In this document: piece by piece, positions 12,204-25,223 of the stretch
How positions within the stretch are numbered: the first letter of the stretch is position 1
Layout: each line of letters opens with the position of its first letter
From: Chiloscyllium plagiosum
Lineage: Eukaryota
Direction: 5' to 3'
Length of the DNA: 64,000 nt
NCBI RefSeq assembly: GCF_004010195.1
Contig: NC_057749.1
Span: forward strand, 19,426,661-19,490,660
Translations under genes and position numbers: made by a program
Notes under the pieces: model-generated
Told to the model about the DNA's origin: nothing
The model's database searches: none
The model's input: the letters and a program-made list of their open reading frames with translations, nothing else

Positions 12204-13601
12204 CTCCTTTTCCTTTGATGCTGCCTGACCTGCTGCGCTTTTCCAGCAACACATTTTTAAGCTCAATTACCAATGCATCACAGTCATACAAAAGGACAAG
12301 TCACTACAATGGGACCAGGACCAGCATTTGAGGTAATGAGTTCAAATTCAACTACAGCAAGTTGAGATTTAACTCAATAAATGTGATAATTTGCAGCTAG
12401 CAGTAGAAAATGGAGATTAACAGCATAACTAGCCTTCACGGAAGAAAATCTGCCAGTTTTACCCAGCGTCCTCCAAGTGACTCCAGTCCCACTAAGGCTT
12501 GACTCAACCCTTAACGATAAAGAGCCAATACATACTGCCCTGCCAGTACCACAAATCATATTTTAACTCACCACTACACCAAGCATTGTGATTCATGTAC
12601 CGTACAGTAATCCCATTCCAAAATCTTTCAGTTACATTTGCAAGTTTTGCATAACATTTTTTGGAATGCAATTAATGTCGTGAAATTATTCCTCGTTTCA
12701 GTTCTTTATGACACGTTAGTGTTTTAATTTTGACCAATGCAACAACAGGACTGGTCATCTTAAGGAAGTTTGCTGGTGCCGCAGTTAGTGGCCATATTCC
12801 TGCTTCAAGGCCAAATGGATACTGAAGAGGACAGGATTAAATTTGTTCTACTGATTTCTGACAAAAAGGCCCATGTGAAACATTAACTCTTCTCTATCGC
12901 TCAATCTCACTGACCTGCATATTTATAGTGCTTCCTATTTTTATTACAGATTTGCACTGAGTGAGAAATGGGATCATTTAGCTTCAACAGAATGCCCCAG
13001 TTAACAGACTGCAGTATTGTGAAAGGTGAAGCAATGATCATTGAAAACATCAACCTTGTACTTGTTCAGAGTTGACTAATACACGTGACCATGATATATG
13101 TATGTACACAAACAGGCACACAAACACTAGTCTTCACCACGAAGGAGTTATCACATTTGTGGGAAGGCATCTTCACTTTAAGTCTACTGTTCAAGTTTGG
13201 ATCCAGAAGAAGAGGGCTTCAATAAATTAATGAGGCAGGAGGTGCTTCCCAATCATGACAGAAAGTCACTTCACTGAAGCACCACTGCTAATGATTCAGT
13301 GAAAAGCAGGATTAAGTAAACTAGCTGCCATCTCAGTCACTAAGGATTTTGTCACAAGTAACTGAAAAAAGGTGAAACTACATTACAATGATGGAAATAA
13401 AGCAGAGTTTTCAGATTACCAGTTAAGCAATTACACTGTTCAAAATCATTTTTCTACCTCAATACGTTCTGATGCTGAGGCACTTAGACACATATAAAGG
13501 AGGAGAGTCCCAAACATACAAAACATAACCAAGTACCAGAAATTGCTTATTGTATTCTATGTTGCTTAAAGTATGCAGTGCATGGAGAAATGCTCATGTA
13601 C

Positions 13602-13765
13602 CTGGTGGAAGAAGTAGGTTACTGCAAGGTCATTGTCATTCAAAAGTTCTTCTTGGGCCATGGTGAAGAGCCACTTCCTAATGACCAAACATGTCCCAGC
13701 TGCCGCTGAAGTGTAGTTCTGTATGTACAGTTTGTGTGGAAACTCATTGGGGACTAGCTTCCGTT
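13602..13765 (-). CDS. SNX27: SNX27-like coding exon 7 (FERM F1-F2)
   Basis: Not in ORF track; (E)[54 protein letters not shown]; acceptor ttttgcag, donor GTACAT; 164 nt. Confidence 0.95.
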
Positions 13766-14689
13766 CTGCAAAAGGTACAAATTAATCTCTGTATCAATGA
13801 CACACAACCAATGACTCAAATGACATCAACCCCGAAACAGGAAAAGGTTTGCAACCTTCCTTAATCGAGGACGAGACATCTTTGGCTAAGCAACAATATA
13901 GTTGGAGATATAGCCATTGTATCATGCATGAGTCAGTACCTTCACTGGCCTAAATGTTAACCTGCTACATTCTGACATTCAAATCCCTCTCTATACGTAA
14001 CCTCCTTTGGCCCGAAAACCACCCAAGAACTCACACTTCTATAACTTTGGTCTCCTGTGCATTTGGCCCACTTACTGTCTCTTCAGCCACCTGTGTGCTA
14101 ACGTGTGAATTGAATTTCCCAATTCTCTCCACCTCCTTAAATATGCCCTAATTCTTTGACCAAGCTCGCAGCTGTCCTAATATCTCAAGAACAAAGAGAA
14201 AGGCCTGATGAATGTGATTACAACATGGCTAAATTAAATGGCAATGCAATTTATGGACCATGCCAAACTTTTAATCATTGGAAAAGCTTCTGCAGATTAA
14301 GACAACGAATGAATAACAATTCATTTTCAAATTATGTAATGGAAAATCAATCGATTCTTCTGAGAGAAATAGCAAGGGAGACATTTCCAAAACATCTTTT
14401 GAAACTGACAAGGGGACTCTGTATTAGTTTATATCATGATAGATACCATGAGACAAAAACTAACAGCAGGAAAAATTTAATTGGTCTATCAACCCTCACC
14501 ATATATTATGGGAGCTAAAGCACTATAGCTGGACATTTCAAAAACCACATTTATTCCAGTATTAACACTCCATCAACAAATTCTTCTTCAAAACACTCCA
14601 GAAGAGAAATTTTGTTGGGTTATAAAACTATTTTAACACTATGAAGGCGTGACAGATCAGTTAGCTGTGACAGGCTTGGTAGCTTCAAT

Positions 14690-17600
14690 AAAAAGGCATG
14701 ACACTGGGTAAATAATGGTTAATATTAAACAAATTAGTGCATGTAATGCAGTAGTTACACATTCCTTTGGGTGAAGGACACAAAGAAAGTGGATCAACAT
14801 GATCAACTAAAGAAATTAAGGACTGTACTATGCACAGAAAGAAGTCATATATAGTTGCTAGAAAAAAAAACCTGAAGATTGGGAGCAGGTTAGAATTCAA
14901 CAGAGGACCAAGAAGTTGAATGGGGGGGTGGGGAAAAACATACAAAAATAAATTTGCAAGAAACACAGCAGCAGCCCAAGAGCTTCTATAAGTATGTTAA
15001 AAAAAAAAATCAAAAGCAAATATAGGTTTCTTACAGTCTGAAAAGGGAGAACTTACAATGGAGAAGGAAATGTCAGAACAATTAGACAACAATTTTGGTG
15101 CCATTATCACAGAAGTGCTAGGAAAGGAAGAGACTTTTGGGAAAGGAGAACTGAAGGTTAGTTTAGCTAAAAAAAAGTGCAGCTGGTAAAATTAAAAGGA
15201 GTGAAAGCCGATAAATCTCCAGGGCCTGATCCTTTAATATCCTGAAATGTAAATGGTCATGGAAATAATAGATGCATTGATTTTCAAATTCCAAAACTGT
15301 TTTCCAGAACAATCCCACAGCATGGCAAGTGTAACCACACCATTTGTAAAATGAAGGTAGAGAGTAAACTGTGAATTACAGACCAGTTTGCCTAACAGCA
15401 GAAATAGGGAAAATCTGGAGTCAATGATGACGGGTGCAATAACAGGACACTTAGAAAATACCACTCGTATTGCACGAAGTCCCCATGGGTTAATGCAGAG
15501 GGAAACCGTTTGCGCAAACCTCCTGGTGTTTTTTTTGAGAACGTAACTAGTAGAATAGATGGAGGAGAACCAGTCACCACAGACCATAAAAAATTAGAAC
15601 AGGAGTAGGGCATTTGGCCTCCTGTGCCTGCTCCACCTTTTAATAAGATCATGGTTGATTGCACATTCCTCACATCCACTTTCCTGCCTCTTCCCTGTAA
15701 GCCTCGATGCCCCTATCAGAATCTGAGTCTTCAATATATACATGGACTCTGCTTTCTGTAGTTACAAATTCCAAGGACTCATAACCCTCTCAAAGAAGAA
15801 ACACCTCTATCTCAGTCTTAAATTGGTACCCCTTAATTCTGAGGCTACGTCCTCTGGTCATAGACTCTTTCATGAAGGGAAACATCCTTTCAGTGTTTAG
15901 TCTGTCAAGCCCCTTAAGAATTCTACGTGTTTCAATGAGATCCCACGTGTAGTCCTAATCCTTCCATACCATAGTGAACCTTCTCTGAACTACTTTCAAC
16001 GAAATGATACCTTTCCTTAAATAAAGGGACCAAAACTGCTCACAGTCCTCCAGATGTGGACTCACCTCGTGCAGATGCAGTAAGACCTCCCAAGTCTTAT
16101 ACACCAAATCCCTTGAAGGCCCAACTTTCCATTAGCCTGATTACCTGCTGCACCTATGCACTAACTTGGTGTTTTGTGCACAATACCTTCAAAGCCCTTT
16201 GTTTTGCAGCTTTCTGTGGTTTTCTCCATTTAAATAATAGTCTATTCTTTTGTTCTTCCTTCTAAAATGAAGAACTTCACATTTTCCCACATTATACTCC
16301 ACTTGCTAACTTTGTTCCCCATTTAATCTCTCTCTGGAAACTCTGCATCCATCTTGCAACCTGCTTTTCCATCTATTTTTATGTCATCTGCAAATTTGGT
16401 TCCAGTTCTTCACTTCCATTGCCCAAGTCGTTAATAAAACTTGCAAACAGTTGTGGTCCCAGCACTGATCACTGCAGAAACCCACTCGTTACAGGTTACC
16501 AAACCGAAAAAGAACCCCTTATCCCCATTCACTGTTTCCTGCACATTAGCCAATTCTCTATTTATGCCAGTATACTACCTCCAATAGTGGGCTGTTATCT
16601 TATGACTTAACTTTTTGTGAGGTACCTTATTGAATGCCTCCTGTAAGTCCAAATACAATACATTTACTTATTCCCTCTATCCACTTGAAAAACTAAGAAA
16701 TTTGTCAGACACAAGTTCCTTTTTAAGCCAGACTGACTCTACTTGAATAGACTATGATTTTCCAAATGTGCTGCTATTACTTCTTTAATAATTGATTCCA
16801 ATATTTTTCCAACTAAGGATGTTGGCTAAGTGACCTATAGTTAGTGCTTTTTGCCTCCCTCCCTTTTAGAATAGAGGTATTACAATGGCAGTTTTCAATT
16901 TTACAGGGACGTAGCGAATTTGGACTTTCAGAAAGTTTTAATGAAAGCATGTGGGACTAGTGAAAAATACTGGCATGGTTTGAATACTAGTTAGCAGTCA
17001 GGAAACGGAGCAGGAATAAACGTACAATTTTAGGAACTGATAGTGATAAATGAGGTTCCACACGGATCAGTGCTTGGACCTTAGCTAGTCTCAATATAAA
17101 TATGAATAAACTGGATAAGGGAATCAAATGTAATGTTTTCAAATTCACCGATGACACAAAACTTGATGGGATTGGGACCGGTGAAGAGATGTAAAGAGAC
17201 TTCAAGACGATTTGGACAAATTCAGTGAGTGAGTAATTACATGGCAGATGCTGTAGTATGATGTGGATACATGTGAAGTTGTCTACTTCAGTAGGAAAAA
17301 CAAATGTCAAATAATGATAGCTTAGGAAAGGTTGATATACAAAGATTCCTGTACATTGGTCATTGATATAAGCATGCAATGCAGCAAGCAATTAGGAAGG
17401 GAAATGGCACAATGGACTTTGTTGCATGAGAATTTGAAAACAGGAACTTATTACAGCTACGTCAAGCCTTGGTGAGATCTCACCTAGAGTTCTGTGTGCT
17501 GTTTTGCCTTCTTAACTAGAAAGAAATATACTAATAACAGAGAGAGTGTAATGAAAGTTCACCAGATTATTCTTGGAATGGCAGGTTTGTTAAGGAGAGA

Positions 17601-18030
17601 TTGAGTTGAGTGGTCTGTAATCATAGCAGTGTAGAAGAATGAGGGGGGAATCTCAATGAATCAAAATTCTGACAGGGCTGGACAAATCAGATACAAATCA
17701 GAGGTTTCCCATGGTCACGGCGGCTCAGAACAAGGGATCTTGGGGTCACAGTTTCAGGATATGCACCAGGCACTTTCAGACTAAGACGAGAAATTTCTTC
17801 ACTGAGGATGATTAACTTGTGGAACTCTCTCCCACAGAAGGATGTGGAGGCCAAATCACTGAATATATTTAAGAAACAGATAGATTTCTAGAAGTGAAAG
17901 TTGTCAAGATTTATGGGAGAGAGTGGGAGTATGGCATTGTGATAGAGGATCAGCAATAGTCATATTGAATAGTGGAACAGGTTCAATGGGCTGAATAGCC
18001 TATCCCTGCTCCTAACTTCTATATTTCTAC
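14690..18030 (+). mobile_element. Degenerate CR1 LINE, split by an inverted CR1
   Basis: SPGPD and EPV|DVANLDFQK motifs interrupted at ~15576; resumes at ~16906 through KFTDD to the 3' UTR. Confidence 0.75.
15578..16905 (-). mobile_element. Degenerate CR1 LINE nested in opposite orientation
   Basis: CR1 3' UTR at the left end; KFADD (gtcatctgcaaattt) and QGSVLGP-like remnants on the minus strand. Confidence 0.75.
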
Positions 18031-18089
18031 ATATTGGCATGTTCTGGTGCCATTATTTGTTTTCTCAAAAATTAAAAAGTCACCCTTAC

Positions 18090-18168
18090 CAAAAAAGTGA
18101 TCCACAACTTCAAAGAGCGTAAAGAAACTTGCTGTGATACTATCCATTCGTAAGTGCTCTTGTACAGC
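18090..18168 (-). CDS. SNX27: SNX27-like coding exon 6 (FERM F1)
   Basis: Not in ORF track; AVQEHLRMDSITASFFTLFEVVDHFF; acceptor ccctgcag, donor GTAAGG; 79 nt, phase fits exons 5 and 7. Confidence 0.9.
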
Positions 18169-19856
18169 CTGCAGGGATAGAACAGAGTGTGTCATTGAGC
18201 TCAGTCAAATATACAAACACTTGACACTGCATGGGGCAAAACACAGAAATCAGCTTCATTAAAGAATGGCAAGCTGAAACCTTCATTTATTGGACATGGA
18301 ATCGAATTTAATCTGGGGACAATCATTGACACTCTCCAAGATGAGATTGGTTAGTCAACACTGCTCTCTCATATTTCACAAGACAGATTTTTACTGAGCT
18401 GTCGGGGCAACAATGCACCAAACTAGCTGCAGACAAATTAACCTGAGTATATTTGATGCCATCTTCAATGGGATGGATAATATTCCACTCGCAGTGCAGT
18501 GAAATTAAACAATAAAGTATCTGACAACAACTTGGAACATAGTAGCAAAGTTCACCAATCCATGAGCTGGAAAAGTTCAATTGGTCTCAGTCTAACAGTT
18601 CTCAGGTTGATTGTAGTGCCCGGTTTCCAAGTTTAAAGGTCACAAGAGTAGTGATTATGTTACTGAAATAGTTACCCAGACAGTGCAAGTTCAAACTCCA
18701 CCACGGTGGTTTAAGAATTTGTATTCATTTTAAAAATCTCACTGGTATTAATAAAAGTGACTATAAAGTAGTCGTGGGGTCATGGTGAATTTCATATCTC
18801 ACAAAAAAAACCTCCAAATAGCTCACTAATATCACCACCAACTCTGGTCTACATATGACTTCAGTCTCACACCAGCGTGATTCTTTTGTAAATATCCTTT
18901 GAAGTGGCCTGGCCCTAAATCACCCCACTGTACGCAAAGTGGAAAGAGGGCTACCACCTTCTCACAACAATTAGTGACAAACAATACCTGCCAGAGACAA
19001 CCACACCACGAAAGTGAAGCAAAAATAATCTTATCAAAGACTTTGTTTTGGGATGGAGAAAGCCATGATTCACAGCATGTAATCATTTTCCACTACAATC
19101 AATTTTTAAAAACAATGTTGCACTTTAAGCATAATTGAAAGAGACGTTGATTCGCATCTTTGCAGTTAGAAGTGTCAACTTGTAGAACACTGATCATTTT
19201 GCAATATATCAACAACCTGAATACCTGAGCTAAAGTACATAGAGACTAACCTTTGAAAGAATGTGTATCATCCAATCTTTAGTGCCTTCCAAGAAGTTAC
19301 TGGATCAGAAATTCTGGTGTTGATTCCATATTCCACCTGATCATTGCACTCTGGATCACCAACCTCAAATTTGTGTTGAGAAAAACCCATGCCTAAAACA
19401 TGAATTACTTATTCTCTGTGCAGATGTTAAATAAGCCTACTGTGCATTACTGTGCATTACCACAATTATTACAGCATAGAACGCCCGTTTGACCCATCGT
19501 TCTCAGAGTGAACATTTCACAAAGTACCACCTTCCAGTTTCCTCACTTGTACCCTGCGTATTGATTCTTTTCCAGTATCAATCTAACTCGTTTCGAATGT
19601 AGTAATTAAATGTGCCTCCACCACACTTCCAGGCACCGCCTCATACTGCATTTGCTTCTTTAGCTAATTACTTCAAAGTTGTGCCCTCTTGTTCTTTTCA
19701 CACGAGAACAGCTTCAGTGTGTCCAGATCCCTCATGATTTCAAATACCTCCACTCAGCCTTCTCTCCTTTAAGGAAAACAGTCCAAACTTCAGGTTCACT
19801 TTATTTATGACTCTAATACTTAAGCAATACGTGGAAGCAATTAAGCTTCTAAATAT

Positions 19857-20899
19857 TGTAAAACACCTTTTTAATTTTCTGTATTTTTGATTGTGGACTG
19901 AAATGCGAACAGGACTGTTTTAAAAACCATGGATTGTGGAATTGATTACTGCACTTTTTAAAAGTTATTTCACACATTGTCAAGTGCTATGTACACCACT
20001 GTTTGTTCAAGCAATGGGGGAAGTTGCTACTGACAAACTGGAGGCAGAGGAGGGGACAAAGGGAGATTTAGCCAACAAGCAGCTGACTGATAAGTGGTCA
20101 CCATGTCAGAGACCTATGATGGAGGTTTTATGCCTGCCAACAACAGAGACTGGACCCCAGGTAGCTGCACAGCTTGTGGTGTCAATGTTTGGTCAGAGAC
20201 ATCAGACCTCCAAAAGAGGAGCTGTCCTTTTCTCTCTGCAGATAAAAAAGGCCTCAAACCTGAAGAAAGCCAAACCTTTGCTCCTCAGTAGTTGCTATAA
20301 GCTGTGGCTTTTAACCAGTAAGTGAAAGACTTGTGGTTGTGAAACAGTCGCTCTGTACCCCCTGCAAGCAAGTGAAAGTACCTGAAGGAAAATGGAGCAG
20401 CAGCAAGTTCTGACCAGCCAAAAGGATCTCAGCAAACCCTCTGGACAGGGATCACTAAACTATCTTCCCAATCATTCCCTACACCCATAACACCCATTTT
20501 CTTTCATTTTTAATTTTTGGTCCCATTTGTGAGGGCCAAACAGGAAAACGGGACGAGTTCAGTTTATGAATCCTGGTTGGAGTTTACAAGTTGGGCTGAA
20601 GGGCCTGTTCACTGCTGAATGACTATGAATTATGTATGTGTGCACGCGTATGAGTGTACAGAGGTAGTTTTAGAAGAGGGTTAGAGTTTCAATTAGTAGA
20701 ATTGTGCGCCAACAGTTCACAGTGTTTTTCTGTTGCTGTAACCTAATTATTTCAAAAAAATAGTAATTCCTGTTAAGTGCAGACACCTGCTCTCTGTTAA
20801 CCTGGGTCTAAAAGGCAATTAAAATGGAGAATTGTGCATACTTTCATAAAATTGAAGTTTCATGACAACCCCAAGAATAGCAGGGCTTGATTCATAACA
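19857..20899. mobile_element. Possible solo LTR
   Basis: TGTAA...TAACA termini, about 1 kb non-coding; no TSD found. Confidence 0.3.
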
Positions 20900-21307
20900 A
20901 GGTGCAGCAGATCTGCAGTGACCAACAGAGACAATCTGCAGTGCACTGTAGTAAAGAACCTTGCACTTTTTGCATCATTTGATCCGAACATTAGTTAAGA
21001 GCTACATCATCAAACGGTAATGAGTCAAAACTGTATTTCAAAACATGAATTACAAATGTCAGCAAAATCTTCAGTTGGTAGAGCATCGATACATCACTCT
21101 TTTTGCCTCAAGATGCATTATCCAAGGGGTAATACCAATTTGGTCACTAACCCTGCTGACTAAAGTTTAAATCCTGGGCTCCTTCTTGTGATTTAAGAAA
21201 TTCCTGTTTATCCAGGTGAATATAACATCACCAAATGAAAAACTATGAGTCAAGGTTAATTCCATTTTTATTGAGACAAGCCAGAACCTCAAGTCAGGCT
21301 CACTCAC

Positions 21308-21412
21308 CCTGTAGACCTCTTCTGCAGTGCTGTTCTTTTTTACAGTGACTGTGATGATGTTTCTGTCAGGCAAGGCTATCCTCAGATCCACGTCAGACAG
21401 TCCGTTTGTACT
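21308..21412 (-). CDS. SNX27: SNX27-like coding exon 5 (FERM F1/RA-like)
   Basis: STNGLSDVDLRIALPDRNIITVTVKKNSTAEEVYR; acceptor ttttcaag, donor GTGAGT; 105 nt. Confidence 0.92.
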
Positions 21413-21462
21413 CTTGAAAAATTAAATGGTAAACAAGTGGTTGTTAGAACATTCTTCTACTG

Positions 21463-21627
21463 AAGTTAAAAATTACACAACACTAGGTTATAGTCCAACA
21501 GGTTTATTGGAGGCACTAGCTTTTGAAGCGCTGCTTCTTCGTCCAGTGGTTGTGGAACAGAATCATACGACACAGAAGTTACAGCAACAGGATCATAGTG
21601 CCATGGATTGTAATATTAAACAAATTT
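21463..21627 (-). mobile_element. Decayed PLE family A terminal fragment in the short intron between exons 4 and 5
   Basis: aagttaaaaatt...ggttatagtccaacaggttt matches 3018-3190. Confidence 0.75.
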
Positions 21628-21727
21628 AGCATTCTACTTCATTAAGTTAAACATTATTCTTCAAATTCTGAGTTTAAAAATGAAGTCCGGTCTCAGCTAA
21701 GCCAGTTTTCCTTCCTGATGTCCTTAC

Positions 21728-21792
21728 CTCACTGGAATCAGCCAGAAACTCCTGCATCACATCGCTCTCTCCAAGGACGCTGACTGAACACA
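21728..21792 (-). CDS. SNX27: SNX27-like coding exon 4 (end of PX)
   Basis: Not in ORF track; read manually as (V)CSVSVLGESDVMQEFLADSSE; acceptor ttttgcag, donor GTAAGG; 65 nt. Confidence 0.92.
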
Positions 21793-22539
21793 CTGCAAAA
21801 CAAATCACAAAACACATTAACTACAGCTCAGACGTATAGTGCTGCTTGCAGTTAGAAATTTCCAATGCTGCATTCCTTAACTAACACTGGATAGGCACCC
21901 TGACTTCAAGCATCTGTACATACAGCTCAGATTTTTCCATTCAACCAGTGTTTCAGCTGCACCTTCTTCTTCGGTACACTGCAGACCAAATACTCAACAC
22001 ATTTTAAGGTTTCTTTCTCTTTAACTGGAAGTTGACAGCATTTGTTGCCCGGTCCTAACTGCCCTTGAACCGAGGTCATTTCAAATCAAGCATATTACTG
22101 TGGTTTTGGAGTCACATATAAAAGCCAAAAAAGGACTTTCTTCCCTAAAAGGACAGTGAACCAGAAAGGATTTTGTGACATTTGATGATAACTGTAAAAT
22201 GTCACCATTACTGAAACTAGATTAAAATTCAATTAATAAACATGGAATAAAAGATTCACCAGCTGGTGTGATGTGAAGACAATGTTCAGCAAATCAGTAA
22301 TATGAATTCCTGGATTACTAGCCCAGTGAATTATCTCCCCAGCTCTCCCTTCTGATTCCAGTTAGTGAATGCTTGAACCAGCCTGGTTTGGAGAGAAGAA
22401 ACAAAGTAGCTTTCTTCTCAAGTCTACATTTGCAGTGTTGAGACTCATTGAAATAAGTTGAGTTACTTAAGTTATTTGTGGTTCTAACTAAGGGGAAGAG
22501 TGAAAATGCACTTGGTCTGGACTGGAAAATCACCAAAAT

Positions 22540-22856
22540 GGCATGGCGGCTCAGTGGTTAGCACTGCTGCCTCTCAGCACCAGGGACCCGGGATCAATTC
22601 CTGCCTCAGGCAACTGTCTGTGTGGAATTTGCACATTCTCCCCTTGTCTGCATGGGTTTCATTCGGGTGCTCTGGTTTCCTCCCACAGTCACAAAGATGT
22701 GCAGGTTAGGTGAATTGGCAATGCTAAATTGCCTGTAGTGTTAGGTGCAGGGGTTAATGTAGGGGAATGAGTCTGGGTAGGTTGCTCTTCGGAGGGTCGG
22801 TGTGGACATGGTGGGCTGAAGGGCCTGTTTCCACATTGTAGGGAATCAAATCTAAA
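22540..22856 (+). mobile_element. HE1-type tRNA-derived SINE
   Basis: A box ggctcagtgg, B box ggatcaattcc, CR1-like 3' tail gaagggcctgtttcc, tctaa end. Confidence 0.85.
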
Positions 22857-22917
22857 AGCCTGAGGGGAGTAAGCACTTGCATTCAACAACTTACTTCAAG
22901 GCACTCCATAGCAGAGT

Positions 22918-23129
22918 TTAAAAATGTGTTGCTGGAAAAGCGCAGTAGATCAGGCAGCATCAAAGGAACAGGAGAAACGACATTTCGGGCATAAGCCCTT
23001 CTTCAGGATTCCTGAAGGGGTTATGCCCGAAACGTCGATTCTCCTGTTCCTTGGATGCTGCCTGACCTGCTGCGCTTTTCCAGCAACACACTTTTAAGCT
23101 CTGATCTCCAGCATCTGCAGTCCTCACTT
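22918..23129. mobile_element. Palindromic PLE family B mini-insertion
   Basis: ~90-bp inverted arms with axis at aggattcct, 30-nt tail on the right arm, 15-bp TSD actccatagcagagt at 22903-22917 and 23130-23144. Confidence 0.9.
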
Positions 23130-25223
23130 ACTCCATAGCAGAGTGTCTACTCTGCCCAGCCTTGACATAAGGAAGCAAATGAAAGATTTGCATTTATATA
23201 GCCTCTTTGGCACCTCGTTGTGCCAAAGTACTTCTAGGGCCATTAGATTCCTTTGATTATGCTTGCAAAGTTGCAATGCAGCAAATACAGGAGCAAACTT
23301 GTATACCACTTGGTACCACAAACAGCAATGTGATAACAATAACATAGTTTGTTTTATTTGGCAGATAAGTATTAGCAACACACGAGGGATCTGCTCCAAT
23401 TCCAACAACCTCATGCAATTTTTTTCATTGTTGAAGTTAGACAGAGAGATCTCAGTGGTTTGTTTATCTCTGACTATGCCACATGGCATTCAAGTACCAG
23501 CCCGAATCAATGCTCAAATCTTGAAAGTAGAGCTCCAAGACTTTGATTTCAATGGTAGGAAAGAACTTATAACCACTTAATATGTAGATAAGCCATATTG
23601 GATTTGGTGCTTTGCGATGAGCTAGGCCAGGTGTCAGATCTCTTGGTGGGAGAGCATTTCAGTAACAGTGACCACAACCTTTACCAATGCCATGGAGGGG
23701 GATAGGAACAGACAGTATGAGGAGGTATTTCATTGAGGGAGGGGAATTATACTGCTATTAGACAGAAGCTAGGGAGTATAAATTAGGAACAATTGTTCTA
23801 TGGGAAATGCACAACAGAAATGTGGAGGCTGTTTAAAGAGCACTTGTTGCGAGTGTTGGATAACTTTGTCCCACTAAGACAGGCAAGAAAGGATAAGATG
23901 AAGAAGCTTTAGATGACAAAAGAGGAGCTTCTCATATAGAGGAAGGAAGCTTACTTGGAGGTTGAGGAAACAAGGATCTGCACAGCTTCAGAGGATTACA
24001 CAGTAGCTAGGAAAGTACTCAAAAATGGACTGAGCGCTAGGAGGGGGCATGAAAAAGCCTTGGCAGGAAGGATTAGGGAAAACCCAAAGGCATTCTACAC
24101 ATACGTGAGGAATAAGAGAATGATCAGAGAGAGGGTAGGATCAATCAGGAATAGTAAAGGGAACCTGTGCCTTGAGTCTGAAGAGGTAGGGGAGGCCCTT
24201 AAATGAGTTTTGAGCATCAGTATTCACTAGAGGGGGACCTTGTTGATGGCGAGAACGTTATGGACCAGGTGAATAGGCTTGAACAGATTGATATTAAGAA
24301 AGTGGATGTGATGGAAATTCTGGGAAGCATCAAGATAGATAAGTCCCCAAGGCCGGTCCAGGTATATCCAGGGAAGCAAGGAATGAGAATGCTGCATCTC
24401 TGGTGATGGTTTTCGCATCCTCACTCTCCACGGGAGAAGTACCAGATGATTGCAGGGAGGTAAATGTTGTTCCTCTGTTCAAGAAAGGGAATAGGGAAAT
24501 CCCTGGGAATTACAGACCAGTCAGTCTTACATCTGTGGTAAACAAGGGTGCTGAGACATAGGACTTATGACTATGTGGAAAAACAGTTTGATTAAAGATA
24601 GTCAGCATGGCGGTGCAGGTCATGCCTCACAACCCTTATTGAGATCTCAGAGGATGTGATGAGACAAGTTGACGAAGGTCGAGCAGTGGATGTGGTGTAT
24701 ATGGATTTCACAAAGGCCTTTGATAAGGTTCCCCACGGTAGGCTCATTCAGAAACTTAGGAGATATGGAATACAGGGAAATTTGGATGTCTGGATACAGA
24801 ATTGGCTGGCTGAAAGACAGCGAGTGATAGTGGATGGAAAGTATTTTGCCCGGAGGTTGGTGACCAGTAGTGTCCTGCAGAGATCTGCTCTTGGGCCTCT
24901 GCTCTTTATTGTTTTTATAAATGACTTGGATGAAGAAGTGGAAGGGTGGATTATTAAGTTTGCCAATGACACAAAGGTCAGTGGCGTTGTAGATAGCGTC
25001 AAGGGCTGTTGCAAGTTATAACAAGACATTGACAGGATGCAGGGCTAGGCTGAGAAGTGGCAGATGGAGTTTAACCTGGATAAGTGCGAAGTGATTCATT
25101 TTGGAAGGTCGAATTTGAATGCTGAAGAAAGGTTAAAGACAGGATTCTTGGCAGTGTGAAGGAACAGCGTGATCCTGGGGTCCACGTATATAGATCCCTG
25201 AAAGTTGCCACCCAAGTTGATAG

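Larger units (their letters stand above)
11348..12262 (+). mobile_element. 5'-truncated Penelope-like element (family B) spanning an assembly gap
   Basis: RT thumb (YLDYTSSHP..IPYSQFLRLRRICS), 3' UTR, hammerhead; 14-bp TSD tcaattaccaatgc at 11334-11347 and 12263-12276. Confidence 0.88.

Noticed and set aside
22540..22620. tRNA genes suggested by A/B boxes (also at 34210-34282, 45007, 57790)
   Set aside because: These are tRNA-derived SINE heads continuing into SINE body and LINE-like tail
22918..23129. Pre-miRNA or DNA-transposon MITE interpretation of the short hairpins
   Set aside because: The arms match the 3' ends of GIY-YIG/RT-coding PLE copies in the window, are asymmetric, and have variable long TSDs
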